Assembly (NCBI GenBank): GCA_963768055.1
Contig: CAVYGN010000001.1
Coordinates: forward strand, 672,001-736,000
Reading direction: 5' to 3'
Origin: an uncultured Spirochaetota bacterium
Lineage (GTDB): Bacteria; Spirochaetota; Brevinematia; Brevinematales; JAOACQ01
DNA length: 64,000 nt
Shown here: positions 1 through 11,316 of the stretch, one piece after another
Numbering within the stretch: the first letter of the stretch is position 1
How the letters are laid out: every line of letters begins with the position of its first letter
Notes under the pieces: generated by a model
What the model was told of the DNA's origin: nothing
The model's database searches: none
Seen by the model: the letters and a program-made list of their open reading frames with translations, nothing else
Position numbers and translations under genes: made by a program

Positions 1-92
1 TTCGGTACGGCCGAGCCTTAAAAAGTGGGAGGTATCATCTGGCACTCGTAAAAAATATTTATTAGTGCCAGAGTGCCAGGATAAACGTGATA

Positions 93-431
93 TTAGAATT
101 CTTTTTTTATAATTCTATCAAAAAGGACATCTTCAATATTTCTTCTGCCATCAATTACCGCAAGAATAAATATATCGGTTTTATCAATTTTGTAGAAAAT
201 CCTCCAGGGATTGTCGATTATTTCCCGGTATATATTAATATTAAGAGATTCTAATTCTGGTATGATTCTTCCTTTATTCTGCATGAATTGTAAATCATCA
301 ACTTTTGAAATAATTCTTTTATAAATTTGATTGGCTCGTTCAAACCCGTCTTTCATGATAAAATCAACAATATTATTTAAGTCTCGCTGTGCTGGTTTAG
401 TCCACTTAACATTATAACTTGAATTATCCAT
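93..431 (-). CDS. RelE/ParE family type II toxin
   Basis: 112 aa, N-terminal 'VKWTKPAQRDL', C-terminal 'WRIFY...ILAVIDGRR'; overlaps the upstream antitoxin. Confidence 0.85.
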   Translation of the reverse strand: MDNSSYNVKWTKPAQRDLNNIVDFIMKDGFERANQIYKRIISKVDDLQFMQNKGRIIPELESLNINIYREIIDNPWRIFYKIDKTDIFILAVIDGRRNIEDVLFDRIIKKEF

Positions 432-714
432 TGCTTTTAGTCAGGCTTTTCATCTTTTGGTCCATCTGCCTTTTAAATTCTTCATGAGATATAAAATTAT
501 TATTCTTTATATCCTGCTCGCTTTCATTGATGATTTTTAATATAGACACAGCATTTATCAGGTTTTCATAACTGTCAGTATCAATAATAACAGCTTTTGC
601 CAGACCGTTTTGAGTTATAAAAATTGGTCTATGATTGGAATTTATTTGTTTTAAAATATCAGCGGTATGTGATTTGATAAAAGAAATTGGTTTTACATCT
701 TCTTTTAATTTCAT
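424..714 (-). CDS. Phd/YefM family antitoxin
   Basis: 'DVKPISFIKSHTADILKQI...PIFITQNG.AKAV' Phd-like; paired with toxin; TTGACA-17-TACCAT promoter on minus strand at 767-739. Confidence 0.85.
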   Translation of the reverse strand: MKLKEDVKPISFIKSHTADILKQINSNHRPIFITQNGLAKAVIIDTDSYENLINAVSILKIINESEQDIKNNNFISHEEFKRQMDQKMKSLTKSNG

Positions 715-1465
715 AAATTACTCCTTATCAGTGCATATATGGTACTAAAATAAGACCGTTTTGTCAAATAACAAGAACTGTCAGTTCTATTTTTGAGAGC
801 GAATGATAACACTGCATTATCAAGGGTTTTCGGTTTGTTCATTTTTCTTTATATCAATAAATTCAACACTCACTTTGTTTTGTTTGCCGATAAAATATTT
901 AATTACTTTTGCTTTTTCCTGGATTTCTTTAATATTTTCTTCAAAGACTTTTTCAATTTTATCTTCGGTTTTATCATTTAATGTAGTCATTAATATATTT
1001 TTTACTTCATCATCATCCATATTAATATAATTTCTTAAGACAACTTCCTCTGAGTCGCCTGTCAGTTTTGAAACCAATTTAATATCATGCGTTTGTTGCC
1101 ATAAAAAAGTAGCGCTTGAATGTCTAATAACATAAATTGTAAGATCTTTGTCAAGGTTAAATACCTTTTTAATAGTATTCCATTTGTTTTTATAAATCCC
1201 TCTCGTTTTTGAATTAGGGTATTTCTCCCTCCGACAATCCGCTTCATTGCGGGATCAACGTATCTTTCTGCATCGTTCGTATCTTCGTATCCAGCAATCC
1301 TTGAGAAAACAGACTGTCGTAGTTGAGCTTATAGGTATAAATAATAGATCAGACATCGAAGGTGAATTTTGATAAATCTGAAGGATGCGATTAAAATAAT
1401 GGTTAGGATGGAATTAAATGAATAATAATTACCACGGAAAGGATAATTTCAAAAGGTGATTTCAA

Positions 1466-1945
1466 ATGAATTCTTACAAAAGATTATTCGGTTCAGGACC
1501 AATTTGTTTGCTGACAGGTTTCATATTATTTTTTATTGCATATTATTTGAAAATTGTATTTCATGCCCCTCAAATATTTATTGACCAGAAAATATTACGT
1601 TTAGCAATTTTTACTATACTGACCTCAATCACTATTATAATCAGCATTTGGATCTTTACATCATTAAGCCTGGAATCAAGAGGGAGAACATTGATAACAA
1701 CTGGCGCTTTCAAATACTTCCGTCATCCTTTATATGCCGCTTTTATAACATTTTTCTCTTTCGGATCGGCTATTCTATTAAATAACTGGATATTTATCTT
1801 ATGGGCTTTCCTTCTGCATTTTATTGGACATTTGCTTGTCGCAAGGGAAGAGAAGATGTTGAAAGAAATATTCCCAAATGATTATGAGGATTATTGTAAA
1901 AATACCGGAAGATTTATCCCGAGATTGATAATAAAAAGGCAGTAA
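1466..1945 (+). CDS. Isoprenylcysteine carboxyl methyltransferase/PEMT family membrane protein
   Basis: 'LITTGAFKYFRHPLY', 'EEKML', 'Y..YC..TGRFIP'. Confidence 0.8.
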   Translation: MNSYKRLFGSGPICLLTGFILFFIAYYLKIVFHAPQIFIDQKILRLAIFTILTSITIIISIWIFTSLSLESRGRTLITTGAFKYFRHPLYAAFITFFSFGSAILLNNWIFILWAFLLHFIGHLLVAREEKMLKEIFPNDYEDYCKNTGRFIPRLIIKRQ

Positions 1946-2100
1946 GAATTATGACACAAAAGGCTTGCAGGTCCTGCATGCATTAAACCTGAATTGGGGC
2001 ATTAAATTATTTTGGACTGAAAAAATTAGCAAAATATATGTTGAATAATTCATTCCGGAATGGCATAATATAAAAAGAGTCTATTAAAATTTGGGGAAAT

Positions 2101-2952
2101 TTGATGACTGAAAAATTCAATAGTTCTGTAAGCACAATGCTGCCTGTTAAAATGAAGCTTAATTTTGTGTATATTAACACAATTATTCTTATGGCATTAA
2201 TGATTTTTGTTTCGGTTTTTGGAATACTTAATCAAAATAAAATATATCCGGGTAAAGAATTATCAATAAATTTTATCTCGAATGATATATGCAATCTAAC
2301 TCTTGGCTTACTGATTATTGTAATTTCAATGCTTCTTACATTAAAGGGGAATCTTGCGGGGTTATTATTTTATCCGGGAGCGCTATTTTACATCACTTAT
2401 GATTATGTAAACTATCTTTTGGGATTGCCATTTAATATTTTATTTATTCCATATCTTATTCTTGTGATAGTTAGTATTTATACCATAATCGGATTGATTC
2501 TCGGAATAGATAGCGAGCAAGTATATAAAAAACTCAATGGTTATGTCCCTATAAGAACGGCAGGATCAACATTGTTTGTATTAGCCTGTTTGGTGATAAT
2601 ATTTCAGCTATATGCAATTGTAATTGCCTTAATAAAACAATCAAATATAGATCATATTATGATTGCGCAATGGATTGATGACCTTGTTATCGCATCTCCG
2701 CCATTTATTATTATTGGTTTTTTAATGATGCGCCGTAAAGCCTTAGGATTTACAGCGGGAGTTGGTTTGCTTCTTTTTTGGGGTTTATTGTGTGTCGGAG
2801 TTATTCTCATAATTATATTTAAAAGTGTTCTTACAAATACTTCGATTGACATTACAGGTTTATTAGTGGTTTTAGCATCGACTCTTATAATTCTCATACC
2901 TTTAATTTTATTTATAAGAGGTATTAATAAGGCTGTTAAAATAAAACCATAA
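2101..2952 (+). CDS. Hypothetical multi-pass membrane protein
   Basis: 283 aa with many hydrophobic segments. Confidence 0.65.
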   Translation: MMTEKFNSSVSTMLPVKMKLNFVYINTIILMALMIFVSVFGILNQNKIYPGKELSINFISNDICNLTLGLLIIVISMLLTLKGNLAGLLFYPGALFYITYDYVNYLLGLPFNILFIPYLILVIVSIYTIIGLILGIDSEQVYKKLNGYVPIRTAGSTLFVLACLVIIFQLYAIVIALIKQSNIDHIMIAQWIDDLVIASPPFIIIGFLMMRRKALGFTAGVGLLLFWGLLCVGVILIIIFKSVLTNTSIDITGLLVVLASTLIILIPLILFIRGINKAVKIKP

Positions 2953-3058
2953 GAAATTTAACGGCTTGATTTATTGTTTCACCTTCCAATTGTATTGTCA
3001 TTCTCCACGGGATTAGAATAATACTGAGTCGGTTTATTACTTTAAGTAGGAAGAAATT

Positions 3059-3772
3059 ATGCAGGAAATAATTGAAGGCATTTTAACGGAAGAATTACCT
3101 TCTAATATTTATACTTATGGGTTTGCCGACTTGAACAATCTTTTATCAACCATTTATAAAGATTATCAATATGGAATTTCATTAATGAGAAAATTGGATG
3201 ATGAAATTATTGATGAAATTTCCGAGGGACCAACTTTAAAGTATTGGAACCATTACAAAGAAATAAATAATGAGTTGAGGGAAAAAGTTATTATAATAGC
3301 CAATCTATTAAAATCAAAAGGTATAGAAGCTATTGGGATTTCTTCGGTTGAAGATGATGAACGTGATGATAATTATGAGAAATATTTAAGGTATAGATTA
3401 TCACATAAAATGGTGGCAACTCGTGCTGGTTTTGGATGGATTGGGAAAACAGATTTATTTATTTCAAAGAAATATGGTCCAAGGATTAGATTAGCATCTA
3501 TTCTTATAAATTCAAAAGTTCAATCAAAGGATATGCCTTTAAATGAAAGTCTTTGCGGAATTTGTTCCGTTTGTGTTGATTTTTGTCCTGCAAAAGCGGC
3601 TAATGGCAAATTATGGAATATCAGTACAGATAGGGATGAGTATTTTGACGCTTTCAAATGCAGGGATAATTGCGTAAAATTAACCACAGATAAAATCGGT
3701 AAAGATGAAAGATTATGTGGAATTTGTGTGTCTTTATGTCCAAGAGGGAAATTGAATAAAGTAGTACAGTAA
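3059..3772 (+). CDS. Epoxyqueuosine reductase-like 4Fe-4S protein
   Basis: 'LSHKMVATRAGFGWIGK', 'GPRIRLASI', CxxCxxCxxxCP and CGICxxxCP. Confidence 0.75.
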   Translation: MQEIIEGILTEELPSNIYTYGFADLNNLLSTIYKDYQYGISLMRKLDDEIIDEISEGPTLKYWNHYKEINNELREKVIIIANLLKSKGIEAIGISSVEDDERDDNYEKYLRYRLSHKMVATRAGFGWIGKTDLFISKKYGPRIRLASILINSKVQSKDMPLNESLCGICSVCVDFCPAKAANGKLWNISTDRDEYFDAFKCRDNCVKLTTDKIGKDERLCGICVSLCPRGKLNKVVQ

Positions 3773-3841
3773 AACAGATTTTATTTAGCTCTTCCTCTCC
3801 CTCTGCTTTGCCTGTTATAGTATGGGGATTAGCCTATTAAT

Positions 3842-5028
3842 TTGAAGGAGAGATTAATGTTTTCCTTAGATTTAAAGTATGGATGTAATCCACATCAGGG
3901 AAATGCGAAACTTCTATTTAATAAAAAAGACCCACCATTAAAAGTATTAAATGGGAGCCCATCTTATATAAATATATTAGATGCCTTTTCAGCCTGGCAA
4001 ATGGTTAAAGAATTAAAGAAAACATTAAATATTGAAAGTGCGGCATCTTTTAAACACCTCAGTCCCGCAGGGGCGGCGATCGCAAAACCATTGAGTGATG
4101 AATTTAAAAAATCTCAATTTATAAATAATTTAGACTTATCGCCGATAGCCATGGCTTATTTAAGGGCTAGAGGAGGAGATAGGATGTGTTCTTTTGGTGA
4201 CGCGATATCTGTAAGTGAAGAAGTTGATATTACACTTGCAAATATTATTAAATATGAAGTATCTGATTTGATTATTGCGCCAAAATTCAATCCTAAAGCC
4301 CTGGAAATATTAAAATCCAAAAAAAATGGAGGATATTTAATTCTTGAAATTGAAAATGATTTTGAAGGTCCAGAGATTGAAACAAGAAGTATTTTTGGGT
4401 TTACGCTTGAACAAAATAGAAATTCAATATTAATTGACGATAAAATTTTTAAAAAAATCGTCACTATTAATAAAACAATAAATCAATCCGTTCTCCAAAG
4501 TCTTATATTAGCTACGATTTCATTGAAATATACGCAATCGAATTCTATTTGTGTGGCATACGACGGGCAATTAGTTGGAGTTGGAGCAGGTCAACAATCC
4601 AGAGTTCATTGTTTGAGATTAGCTTGCAATAAAGCTGACAAATGGTTTTTACAGCAGCATCCGAAAGTATTAAATTTGGATTTTAATGACAATCTCAAAA
4701 AAGTTGATAAAACGAATTGTGTCGATCAATACATTCTCTGGGATGAACTTTCAGAAAATGAGAAAATGTTGTTATTTTCAAATTTAAAAAAATGCCCGGC
4801 ACCTTTAGGTAGGGAGAGAAGGAAATATTCATTAAAAATTACAATGGAATTTGCTTATCATCGGATGCTTACTTCCCATTTAGAGATAATATTGACAGAG
4901 CAAGTAGAAGCAATATTGAGTTTATAGCGCAACCTGGCGGTTCTTTACGTGATGATGATTGTATCAAAGCTGCTGATGAATATAATATGGTTATGTTTCA
5001 TACTGGAATTCGATTATTTACGCATTAA
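3842..5028 (+). pseudogene. AICAR formyltransferase (PurH transformylase-domain-only type), frameshifted near 4815
   Basis: 'LKYGCNPHQ', 'SFKHLSPAGAA', 'YTQSNS', 'GAGQQSRVHC'; the C-terminus 'SSDAYFPFRDNIDRA...IAQPGGSLRDD...RLFTH*' continues in another frame to the stop at 5028. Confidence 0.8.
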
Positions 5029-5098
5029 ATTTAAAATTGTTCCTCTGCTTTGCCAGCTATGAGGAGCGGGATTAGAATAAAGGACTTTCAGGTTAAGG

Positions 5099-5947
5099 GT
5101 GAGATGGAGATATTTTTCCATGATATTTAATTTTAGAGATGTAGAATTATATTATGAAATCTATGGTGAAGGTGTCCCAATAATAATGATCCATGGATGC
5201 AGACCGGATCATCGATTGATGAAAGGGTGCATGGAGCCAATTTTCCAATCAATAAACGGCTCTTGGAAACGTATTTATTTTGATTTGCCAGGCATGGGCA
5301 TGACAAAATCACAGCCCTGGATTATCAATTCTGATCATATGCTGGAAATAATATTAAATTTTATTGATACAATTATTCCAGGTCAACAATTTATTATAGC
5401 TGGCGAATCTTATGGTGGATATTTGGCGAGAGGTATTATTAAAAAACGGTTCTCAAATGTTGATGGTCTTCTTTTGATTTGTCCGGTAGCTGAACCTGAA
5501 CATCGAAAAAATACTCTACCATTATCTAAAGTGTTTGAAAAAGATGAATCTTTGCTAAAGAGTCTTTCAGAAGATGATAGGCGCCAATTTGAATTTATAA
5601 GTGTAATACAGAATGCTAATGTTTGGGATCGTTTTAAAAATGAAATTCTACCGGCTTTAAAAATTGCGGATACATCATTTATTGATGAAAGATTTAGTAA
5701 TAGCTTTTCTTTTAGTTTTAATGCGGATAATCTTGAAAGCCAGTACATGAAACCAGTATTAATAATAACAGGAAGGCAGGATTTTATTGTCGGTTATCAA
5801 GATATATTTAAAATTATTGAGAATTATCCAAGAGGTACTTTTGCAGTGTTGGATAAAGCCGGTCATAATTTACAAATTGAGCAAGTTTATTTGTTTAATG
5901 AGCTTGTAAAAGATTGGCTAAAAAGACTATCTGAAGAATCTGTATAA
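5099..5947 (+). CDS. Alpha/beta hydrolase
   Basis: 'MIHG', 'DLPGMG', nucleophile 'GESYGG', 'AGHNL'; likely true start ATG 5121. Confidence 0.85.
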   Translation: MRWRYFSMIFNFRDVELYYEIYGEGVPIIMIHGCRPDHRLMKGCMEPIFQSINGSWKRIYFDLPGMGMTKSQPWIINSDHMLEIILNFIDTIIPGQQFIIAGESYGGYLARGIIKKRFSNVDGLLLICPVAEPEHRKNTLPLSKVFEKDESLLKSLSEDDRRQFEFISVIQNANVWDRFKNEILPALKIADTSFIDERFSNSFSFSFNADNLESQYMKPVLIITGRQDFIVGYQDIFKIIENYPRGTFAVLDKAGHNLQIEQVYLFNELVKDWLKRLSEESV

Positions 5948-6197
5948 TGAGGCTCTTCCGCTCCCTCTGCTTTGCCTGCTATGAGGGATGGGGATTGAGG
6001 ATATTTTTAGATAAATTATAGAATTTCTTAAAGCTTTTATTGTCAATCATTCTATCAATTGGCACGAAAAACCACAAAATATCGTCTGATTTCACTTGGG
6101 AAAAATTGTACTGACTTGACTTGTTTCACACATACTACATTTCCCCCTCACATCTTACGATAATTAATTCATAATAATAATAATAGGAGTTTCCAAA

Positions 6198-6554
6198 ATG
6201 GATGAAGGTAAAATATTAGAATCGGATCTGCTTGATTTAAAAACAGCTGCTAAAAGCATTGGTGTCAGTATCTTCACATTTAAGACTATGCTGCGTGATA
6301 ACAATACCCCTGTTGTAAAAAAAGGCAGAAGCATTTTTATCAAGAAATCCCGAATAGAAGAGATGTTCACTCTTTCTGAGAAACCTTACAATGAGGTTGT
6401 TAAGTCCAGAGGCAAGAAAGGGGCTAAAAAAGCTATAAAGGCTGCAGGCAAGAAAACTGTGGCAAAGAAGCCTGTCGCCAAGAAGCCTGGCGCTAAGAGA
6501 GGACCCAAGCCGAAGGTGAAGAAAGCGGAGGGGGAAGCTGAACAGACACAGTAG
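6198..6554 (+). CDS. Excisionase-like HTH DNA-binding protein with Lys/Ala-rich tail
   Basis: 'LLDLKTAAKSIGVSIFTFKTML...KKGRSIFI' resembles the HTH_17/Xis fold; tail 'KKGAKKAIKAAGKKTVAKKPVAKKPGAKRGPKPK'. Confidence 0.6.
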   Translation: MDEGKILESDLLDLKTAAKSIGVSIFTFKTMLRDNNTPVVKKGRSIFIKKSRIEEMFTLSEKPYNEVVKSRGKKGAKKAIKAAGKKTVAKKPVAKKPGAKRGPKPKVKKAEGEAEQTQ

Positions 6555-6712
6555 GTGGAATAAGGAAATTGAATAAGCAGAAGCGCACACCTGTATTATA
6601 AGCAACTGCAAACAGGATTCCACCGGCATCTCTTCATGAAGGATATTATTGTAATTTATAAACCCGGGAAATTCAATAATTCAGCGTCGGTTACGATGCG
6701 CGTTAGATATAA

Positions 6713-7525
6713 CTAGCTGCTTGCGCTTGAATAATTTTTAACAGCCGCTTTCCACAGTATTCGTGTAATAGCAATTGCTATGACAGGCGCCGATACACCC
6801 CAGATGAAATAAATAAGATTCATCCTGCCAAGGATGAAAATAGTGGGGAAATTTGTTATTATAAAAATAGGGATGATATAAATTCCGATATTTTGAATAA
6901 TTTTATTATAAACGGACATGGGCACATTGTTAATATCCCAAAAAGAATTGAATGTTTCGCCTATGGCGCTTGTGTTGATAAACCAGAATGTCAGGATCTG
7001 CGGCAGCAAAAAGAGCGCGTAACCGATTACAACGCCGCTTGCTAAAAAAGAGGCGTAGCCGATTATGTCGATTAAGGTTAATGACAGATGCAGCCTGGAG
7101 AGGCCTATGACAACCAGAACTATACCTATGGAAACATCGATCAAAAACAATCCGAAATCCGAACGCCTCAATGTCGCCATGAATTGAAGAGATACAGGCT
7201 TGATAATATAAAAGTCCAATATGCCTTCCCGGACCAGGGTCCTCAGATTTATAAAGTTTATCATGAACAGGCCGGCGTGAAAACCGGTTAATATTATAAA
7301 TGTCCCGATAAAGACTAAAAGTTCGTTGGGAGAAAAACCGTTTATTTTCGAACCTGAACGGAAAATTACAAAGACATAGAGGAGTTTGACGCAAAGATAT
7401 CCAAGTTCCATGGCGATCCCGGTAAAAAAGTTAACACGATATTCCATTTGCGCCAATATATTATTTTTCAGGAAAAACCAGTAAACAATAATATGCTTTT
7501 TTATAATCTTAAGATAGTTCCTCAT
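6713..7525 (-). CDS. ABC-2 type permease
   Basis: 'MEYRVNF', 'G.LD.YIIKPVS.QF'; start more likely MRNYL at 7525 than the ORF-track start at 7642. Confidence 0.8.
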   Translation of the reverse strand: MRNYLKIIKKHIIVYWFFLKNNILAQMEYRVNFFTGIAMELGYLCVKLLYVFVIFRSGSKINGFSPNELLVFIGTFIILTGFHAGLFMINFINLRTLVREGILDFYIIKPVSLQFMATLRRSDFGLFLIDVSIGIVLVVIGLSRLHLSLTLIDIIGYASFLASGVVIGYALFLLPQILTFWFINTSAIGETFNSFWDINNVPMSVYNKIIQNIGIYIIPIFIITNFPTIFILGRMNLIYFIWGVSAPVIAIAITRILWKAAVKNYSSASS

Positions 7526-7527
7526 TC

Positions 7528-8337
7528 TTAAGCACCTACAGCCACATACTTTTTGGAACCTATGCGCCAGCACAATTTGGCAAGCAATAAAAGGGTTATA
7601 ATCCAGGCAATCTGGGTAAAATATCCTTTTATCAGGGCCCACCCCGGGTCTTGAGAATTCAAAATATCCACGGGAAAGTTAATAGTGTATTTGAACGGCA
7701 TCCAATCTAATATTGATGCTACCGCGGGCCCGAAAATTTTCAATGGAAAAATACCGCCGCTTAATGCAATTATCACTATTCTTAGCGCTTCGAAAAGGAA
7801 TCCGATCTCGGTAAACCAGAAACCGAGGGTGCTTATGCAGAAAAAGATTAAAAAATTCAGGCAAAGGGACAAAATCAGCGCGATTATAAAGCCTAAAATG
7901 TTTTCAATTGTAATAATAGAACCCAGGAAGTACCTGAATAAAAAAAACGCAAAAATAAAAAGGACGATTATCATAATAAGATTCATGATCTTTTGGCCAA
8001 GAAAACAGCACAATCTGTAAGTAAAATATCCGATCGGCCGGATTATAAACTTATTGAGGCCGCCGTTTTTTATATCGTCATTTATTTCATATTCAAAATC
8101 AGTCCTGATAAAACGGGATACAAGCTGGGCAAAAACGGTATATTGGATAATCTGGGCAAAGGAATAACCGAAAATAACCGGACTGCTTGAGTTTTTGTAT
8201 ACGGATATCCAGAGAAATGTCTGGATAAAAATCGGGAATAGTGCGGAAAGAATACTTAAGAAGAAATTGGCCCTATATTCCATAGAACTTTTCATTCCAA
8301 TTAAAAATGAGTAATAGTATTTATCGAACCCTTTCAT
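7528..8337 (-). CDS. ABC-2 type permease
   Basis: 'MEYRANF', 'DIKNGGLNKFIIRP', 'LSGGIFPL'. Confidence 0.8.
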   Translation of the reverse strand: MKGFDKYYYSFLIGMKSSMEYRANFFLSILSALFPIFIQTFLWISVYKNSSSPVIFGYSFAQIIQYTVFAQLVSRFIRTDFEYEINDDIKNGGLNKFIIRPIGYFTYRLCCFLGQKIMNLIMIIVLFIFAFFLFRYFLGSIITIENILGFIIALILSLCLNFLIFFCISTLGFWFTEIGFLFEALRIVIIALSGGIFPLKIFGPAVASILDWMPFKYTINFPVDILNSQDPGWALIKGYFTQIAWIITLLLLAKLCWRIGSKKYVAVGA

Positions 8338-9317
8338 TTACTCAAACCCTTTTCAAATAATAAGGTGATCCCTTCTTCTACAGGTATATCGACAATATTA
8401 AAATCGACGACCGGCAGTTTTTTCTGCAGATGTTTTAATAAATCCAATGCTTTTTGACGGTCAATTTCGAAAGTAGCCGTTGAACCGTCATAATCTTTTA
8501 CTTTGCCCAAACCCTTTAAAACAGGCAATTCGATATATTGTGAAAATTTTAACCGGATCAATTTTTTATCGATGAACAGATCGTTTACATGCGACAGTTC
8601 GCCGTCGAATATTATTTTTCCGTTATTGATAATAATAGAGCGTTTGCACAGGTCCTCAATATCCTTCATATAATGACTCGTCAGCAGTATCGTTACTTTA
8701 TTCTGTTCATTATAGTATTTTAAAAAATCCCGTATTTTTTTCTGCGACATCAGATCCAATCCGATTGTCGGTTCGTCGAGAAATAAGATCTTTGGTTTAT
8801 GTATCAATGATGCGATAAGTTCCATCTTCATTCTTTCTCCAAGAGAAAGGCGGCGAACCTGGATATTAAGTAAATGCTTTACATCTAATAATTCCGATAG
8901 TTCGTCAAGAAACAGGGAATAAGATCTTGAATCGATCTCATAAATGCATTTATTCAGATATAAAGATTCGCTTGCGGGAAGGTCCCACCAGAGCTGATTT
9001 TTTTGGCCCATTACTATTGAGATTATTTTTTTAAATTCGTCTTTTCTTTGCCATGGAACATAATCATATATGGAAACATTTCCGTTTGTTGGATAAAGAA
9101 TACCTGATAGCATTTTCAGCGTAGTGGTTTTACCCGCCCCGTTCGGACCTATAAAACCGACAAATTCCCCTTCTTCAACATTAAAGGAGATATTATTTAC
9201 GGCATCCTTATAAAGCTTTTCGCGATGGAATAAGTTTTTAACTGAGTTTGCGAATCCGATTTTCTTCTCATAATAAGTAAATTGTTTTGATAGGGATTGA
9301 ACCTGAATTACATTCAT
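8334..9317 (-). CDS. ABC transporter ATP-binding protein
   Basis: Walker A GPNGAGKTT, signature LSLGE, Walker B LFLDEPT. Confidence 0.9.
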   Translation of the reverse strand: MNVIQVQSLSKQFTYYEKKIGFANSVKNLFHREKLYKDAVNNISFNVEEGEFVGFIGPNGAGKTTTLKMLSGILYPTNGNVSIYDYVPWQRKDEFKKIISIVMGQKNQLWWDLPASESLYLNKCIYEIDSRSYSLFLDELSELLDVKHLLNIQVRRLSLGERMKMELIASLIHKPKILFLDEPTIGLDLMSQKKIRDFLKYYNEQNKVTILLTSHYMKDIEDLCKRSIIINNGKIIFDGELSHVNDLFIDKKLIRLKFSQYIELPVLKGLGKVKDYDGSTATFEIDRQKALDLLKHLQKKLPVVDFNIVDIPVEEGITLLFEKGLSK

Positions 9318-9548
9318 TATTAAATTTCTCCGGGAAATTAATCGGAAAAGTGTCTTTAAAATTTATCGGTTGTTCTCAATATCAATGTTTATCATTATTT
9401 TATCATTTTATTACGGGCAATGGCTATCCCGATAGGGCGGCCTTGGATCAAGTGACATCATCGAAATTTTGATTAATCTATGGGTCGGGATTAGAATAAT
9501 TGTTAATTTGTTTTAAAGGTTACCCGGCCGTACTCAATAAGGGGCGAT

Positions 9549-10232
9549 ATGAAAAAAGAAGAATATTTCCGGATGGATAAAATTGACCCTGAAGAATTAT
9601 GCAGGCAGCTTAGAAAGCCTTTCGGGGAACAGGGAAAATTAGTAGGCGAAAAAATGAATGTTTCCAACAATTCAATATACGCTTTAATGTTTTCAAAAAT
9701 AGAATTCAATGATAATGATAATATTTTAGAAATCGGGTTCGGCAACGGGAAATTTTTTAAACGGTATTTTGAAAAAGCAAGAAATATAAAAGTTTCCGGG
9801 ATTGATATTTCCGATGTTATGCTGGAAGAAGCTTCCATAATAAACAAGGGATTAATTGAAAGCAACAAACTTTTTATTTATTGTGAAAGCTGTCAAAAAA
9901 TGTCTTTTCCCGATGGAAGTTTTGATAAAATCATCTCTCTTAATACCATATATTTTTGGGAACAGAGAGATGCGCAGCTGGAAGAAATAAAAAGGGTTTT
10001 AAAGAGGAATGGAAAACTTGTAATAGGGTTCAGACCTAAAAGTATAATGGAAAAACTGGCTTTTATAAACAATTCTTTTAATTTATTTGAATCTAATGAA
10101 ATAGCAAAATTATTAGAAAAACACAACTTTAAAAATATTCGGGAATTCATGCAGAATATCTCAAGGAAAACGGTAGACGGCAGCGACATCGATTCTATCG
10201 ATATCTGCATATCGGGAGAAAAACAGGAATAA
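9549..10232 (+). CDS. Class I SAM-dependent methyltransferase
   Basis: 'ILEIGFGNG', 'GIDIS', 'RVLKRNG'. Confidence 0.85.
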   Translation: MKKEEYFRMDKIDPEELCRQLRKPFGEQGKLVGEKMNVSNNSIYALMFSKIEFNDNDNILEIGFGNGKFFKRYFEKARNIKVSGIDISDVMLEEASIINKGLIESNKLFIYCESCQKMSFPDGSFDKIISLNTIYFWEQRDAQLEEIKRVLKRNGKLVIGFRPKSIMEKLAFINNSFNLFESNEIAKLLEKHNFKNIREFMQNISRKTVDGSDIDSIDICISGEKQE

Positions 10233-10411
10233 AACGGTTCTTCCAACCCTTTCTTCTTTTTATGCTTATAATCCCCGCATTTATTTTCTCGGGGCATGGA
10301 GATATCGGCTGAATAGAATTAATAACGCATACAGCGGATTTAGTGGAATCGGAATTGGCAAAAGGATCTGCAAATTAGTTGAAAAACAACCAATGAAATC
10401 AGGGGTAATTA

Positions 10412-11098
10412 ATGGATAAAATGAACATTATTAAGAGTCATTTTGAAAAAGAGGCTAAAGTTTACGATAATATGATCATTAAAATTATTCCGTATTATAA
10501 AGAAATGGTTGAAGCGCTTGTATCTTCAATTCCTTTTAATGAAAACGATAAAATCAATATTTTAGATTTAGGATGCGGTACCGGTACGATTTCCAGGGAA
10601 ATTAAACTTAAATTTCCGTGTTCTATTTTTACGATTGTCGATATTTCGGATAATATGCTAAGCATCGCTGATAATAAAATAGGTGGCGGTAATATCATTC
10701 GCATTAGTGAGGATTTTTATAGGTTTAAATTTACTGAAAAGTACGATGTTATAATATCGTCTCTTGCTCTGCATCATTTGATCACCGATGATGATAAAAT
10801 GACATTTTATAAAAATATATATGATAATCTTAATCTAAAGGGCTTGTTTTTTAATGCTGATGTTGTATTAGGGTCTAATGACTATCTTCAAAAAAGATAT
10901 ATGAAAAAGTGGATTGAATATATGGGCAGAAGATGTGATATGGATGAGATAACCGGTAAATGGTTAGTTAATTATGAAAAAGAAGACCGGCCTTCGAAAT
11001 TATCAGATCAAATAAAGTGGCTTGAAAATATCGGATTTAAAGATGTCGATATTATATGGAAATATTATAACTTCGCCGTTTATGGCGGATACAAATGA
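10412..11098 (+). CDS. Class I SAM-dependent methyltransferase
   Basis: 'ILDLGCGTG', 'YDVIISSLALHH'. Confidence 0.85.
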   Translation: MDKMNIIKSHFEKEAKVYDNMIIKIIPYYKEMVEALVSSIPFNENDKINILDLGCGTGTISREIKLKFPCSIFTIVDISDNMLSIADNKIGGGNIIRISEDFYRFKFTEKYDVIISSLALHHLITDDDKMTFYKNIYDNLNLKGLFFNADVVLGSNDYLQKRYMKKWIEYMGRRCDMDEITGKWLVNYEKEDRPSKLSDQIKWLENIGFKDVDIIWKYYNFAVYGGYK

Positions 11099-11234
11099 TC
11101 GGGAGACCAAATTGGATTATAATATAAGAGAGATCACAATGAGCGATTATGATAATTTAATTTCCTTCTGGAAAAGTGTAACCAGGGGTACGATGCGCCG
11201 GATCATCTTGACATAATAACTTATTTATTTTATA

Positions 11235-11259
11235 GTAAATGATAATGAATATCATTTAC
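11235..11259. promoter_or_regulatory. Fur-box-like palindrome
   Basis: GTAAATGATA-ATGAA-TATCATTTAC, perfect 10-bp inverted repeat; 15/19 match to GATAATGATAATCATTATC. Confidence 0.5.
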
Positions 11260-11316
11260 AGATATTCAAAAAAAAGGGTATTTGTAAAATCCCGGATTGG
11301 GTAAGGCGGTTATAAT

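Larger units (their letters stand above)
1361..9500 (+). repeat. Junction repeat family, array 1 (approx. starts 1361, 2021, 2981, 3787, 5040, 5952, 9464)
   Basis: e.g. 5952 GCTCTTCCGCTCCCTCTGCTTTGCCTGCTATGAGGGATGGGG; 1361 ...TTTTGATAAATCTGAAGGATGCGATTAAAAT. Confidence 0.8.

Noticed and set aside
738..752. TTTTAGTACCA on the minus strand as an integrase arm site
   Set aside because: It is a single copy and coincides with the -10 box (TACCAT) of the toxin-antitoxin promoter.
820..1247. Short minus-strand ORFs upstream of the toxin-antitoxin pair
   Set aside because: No recognisable motifs; possibly pieces of one decayed gene, so no call is supportable.
5952..5996. Junction repeats as plain rho-independent terminators
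   Set aside because: The stems are imperfect, no T-tract follows, and primary sequence is conserved across unrelated genes. A secondary termination role is not excluded.
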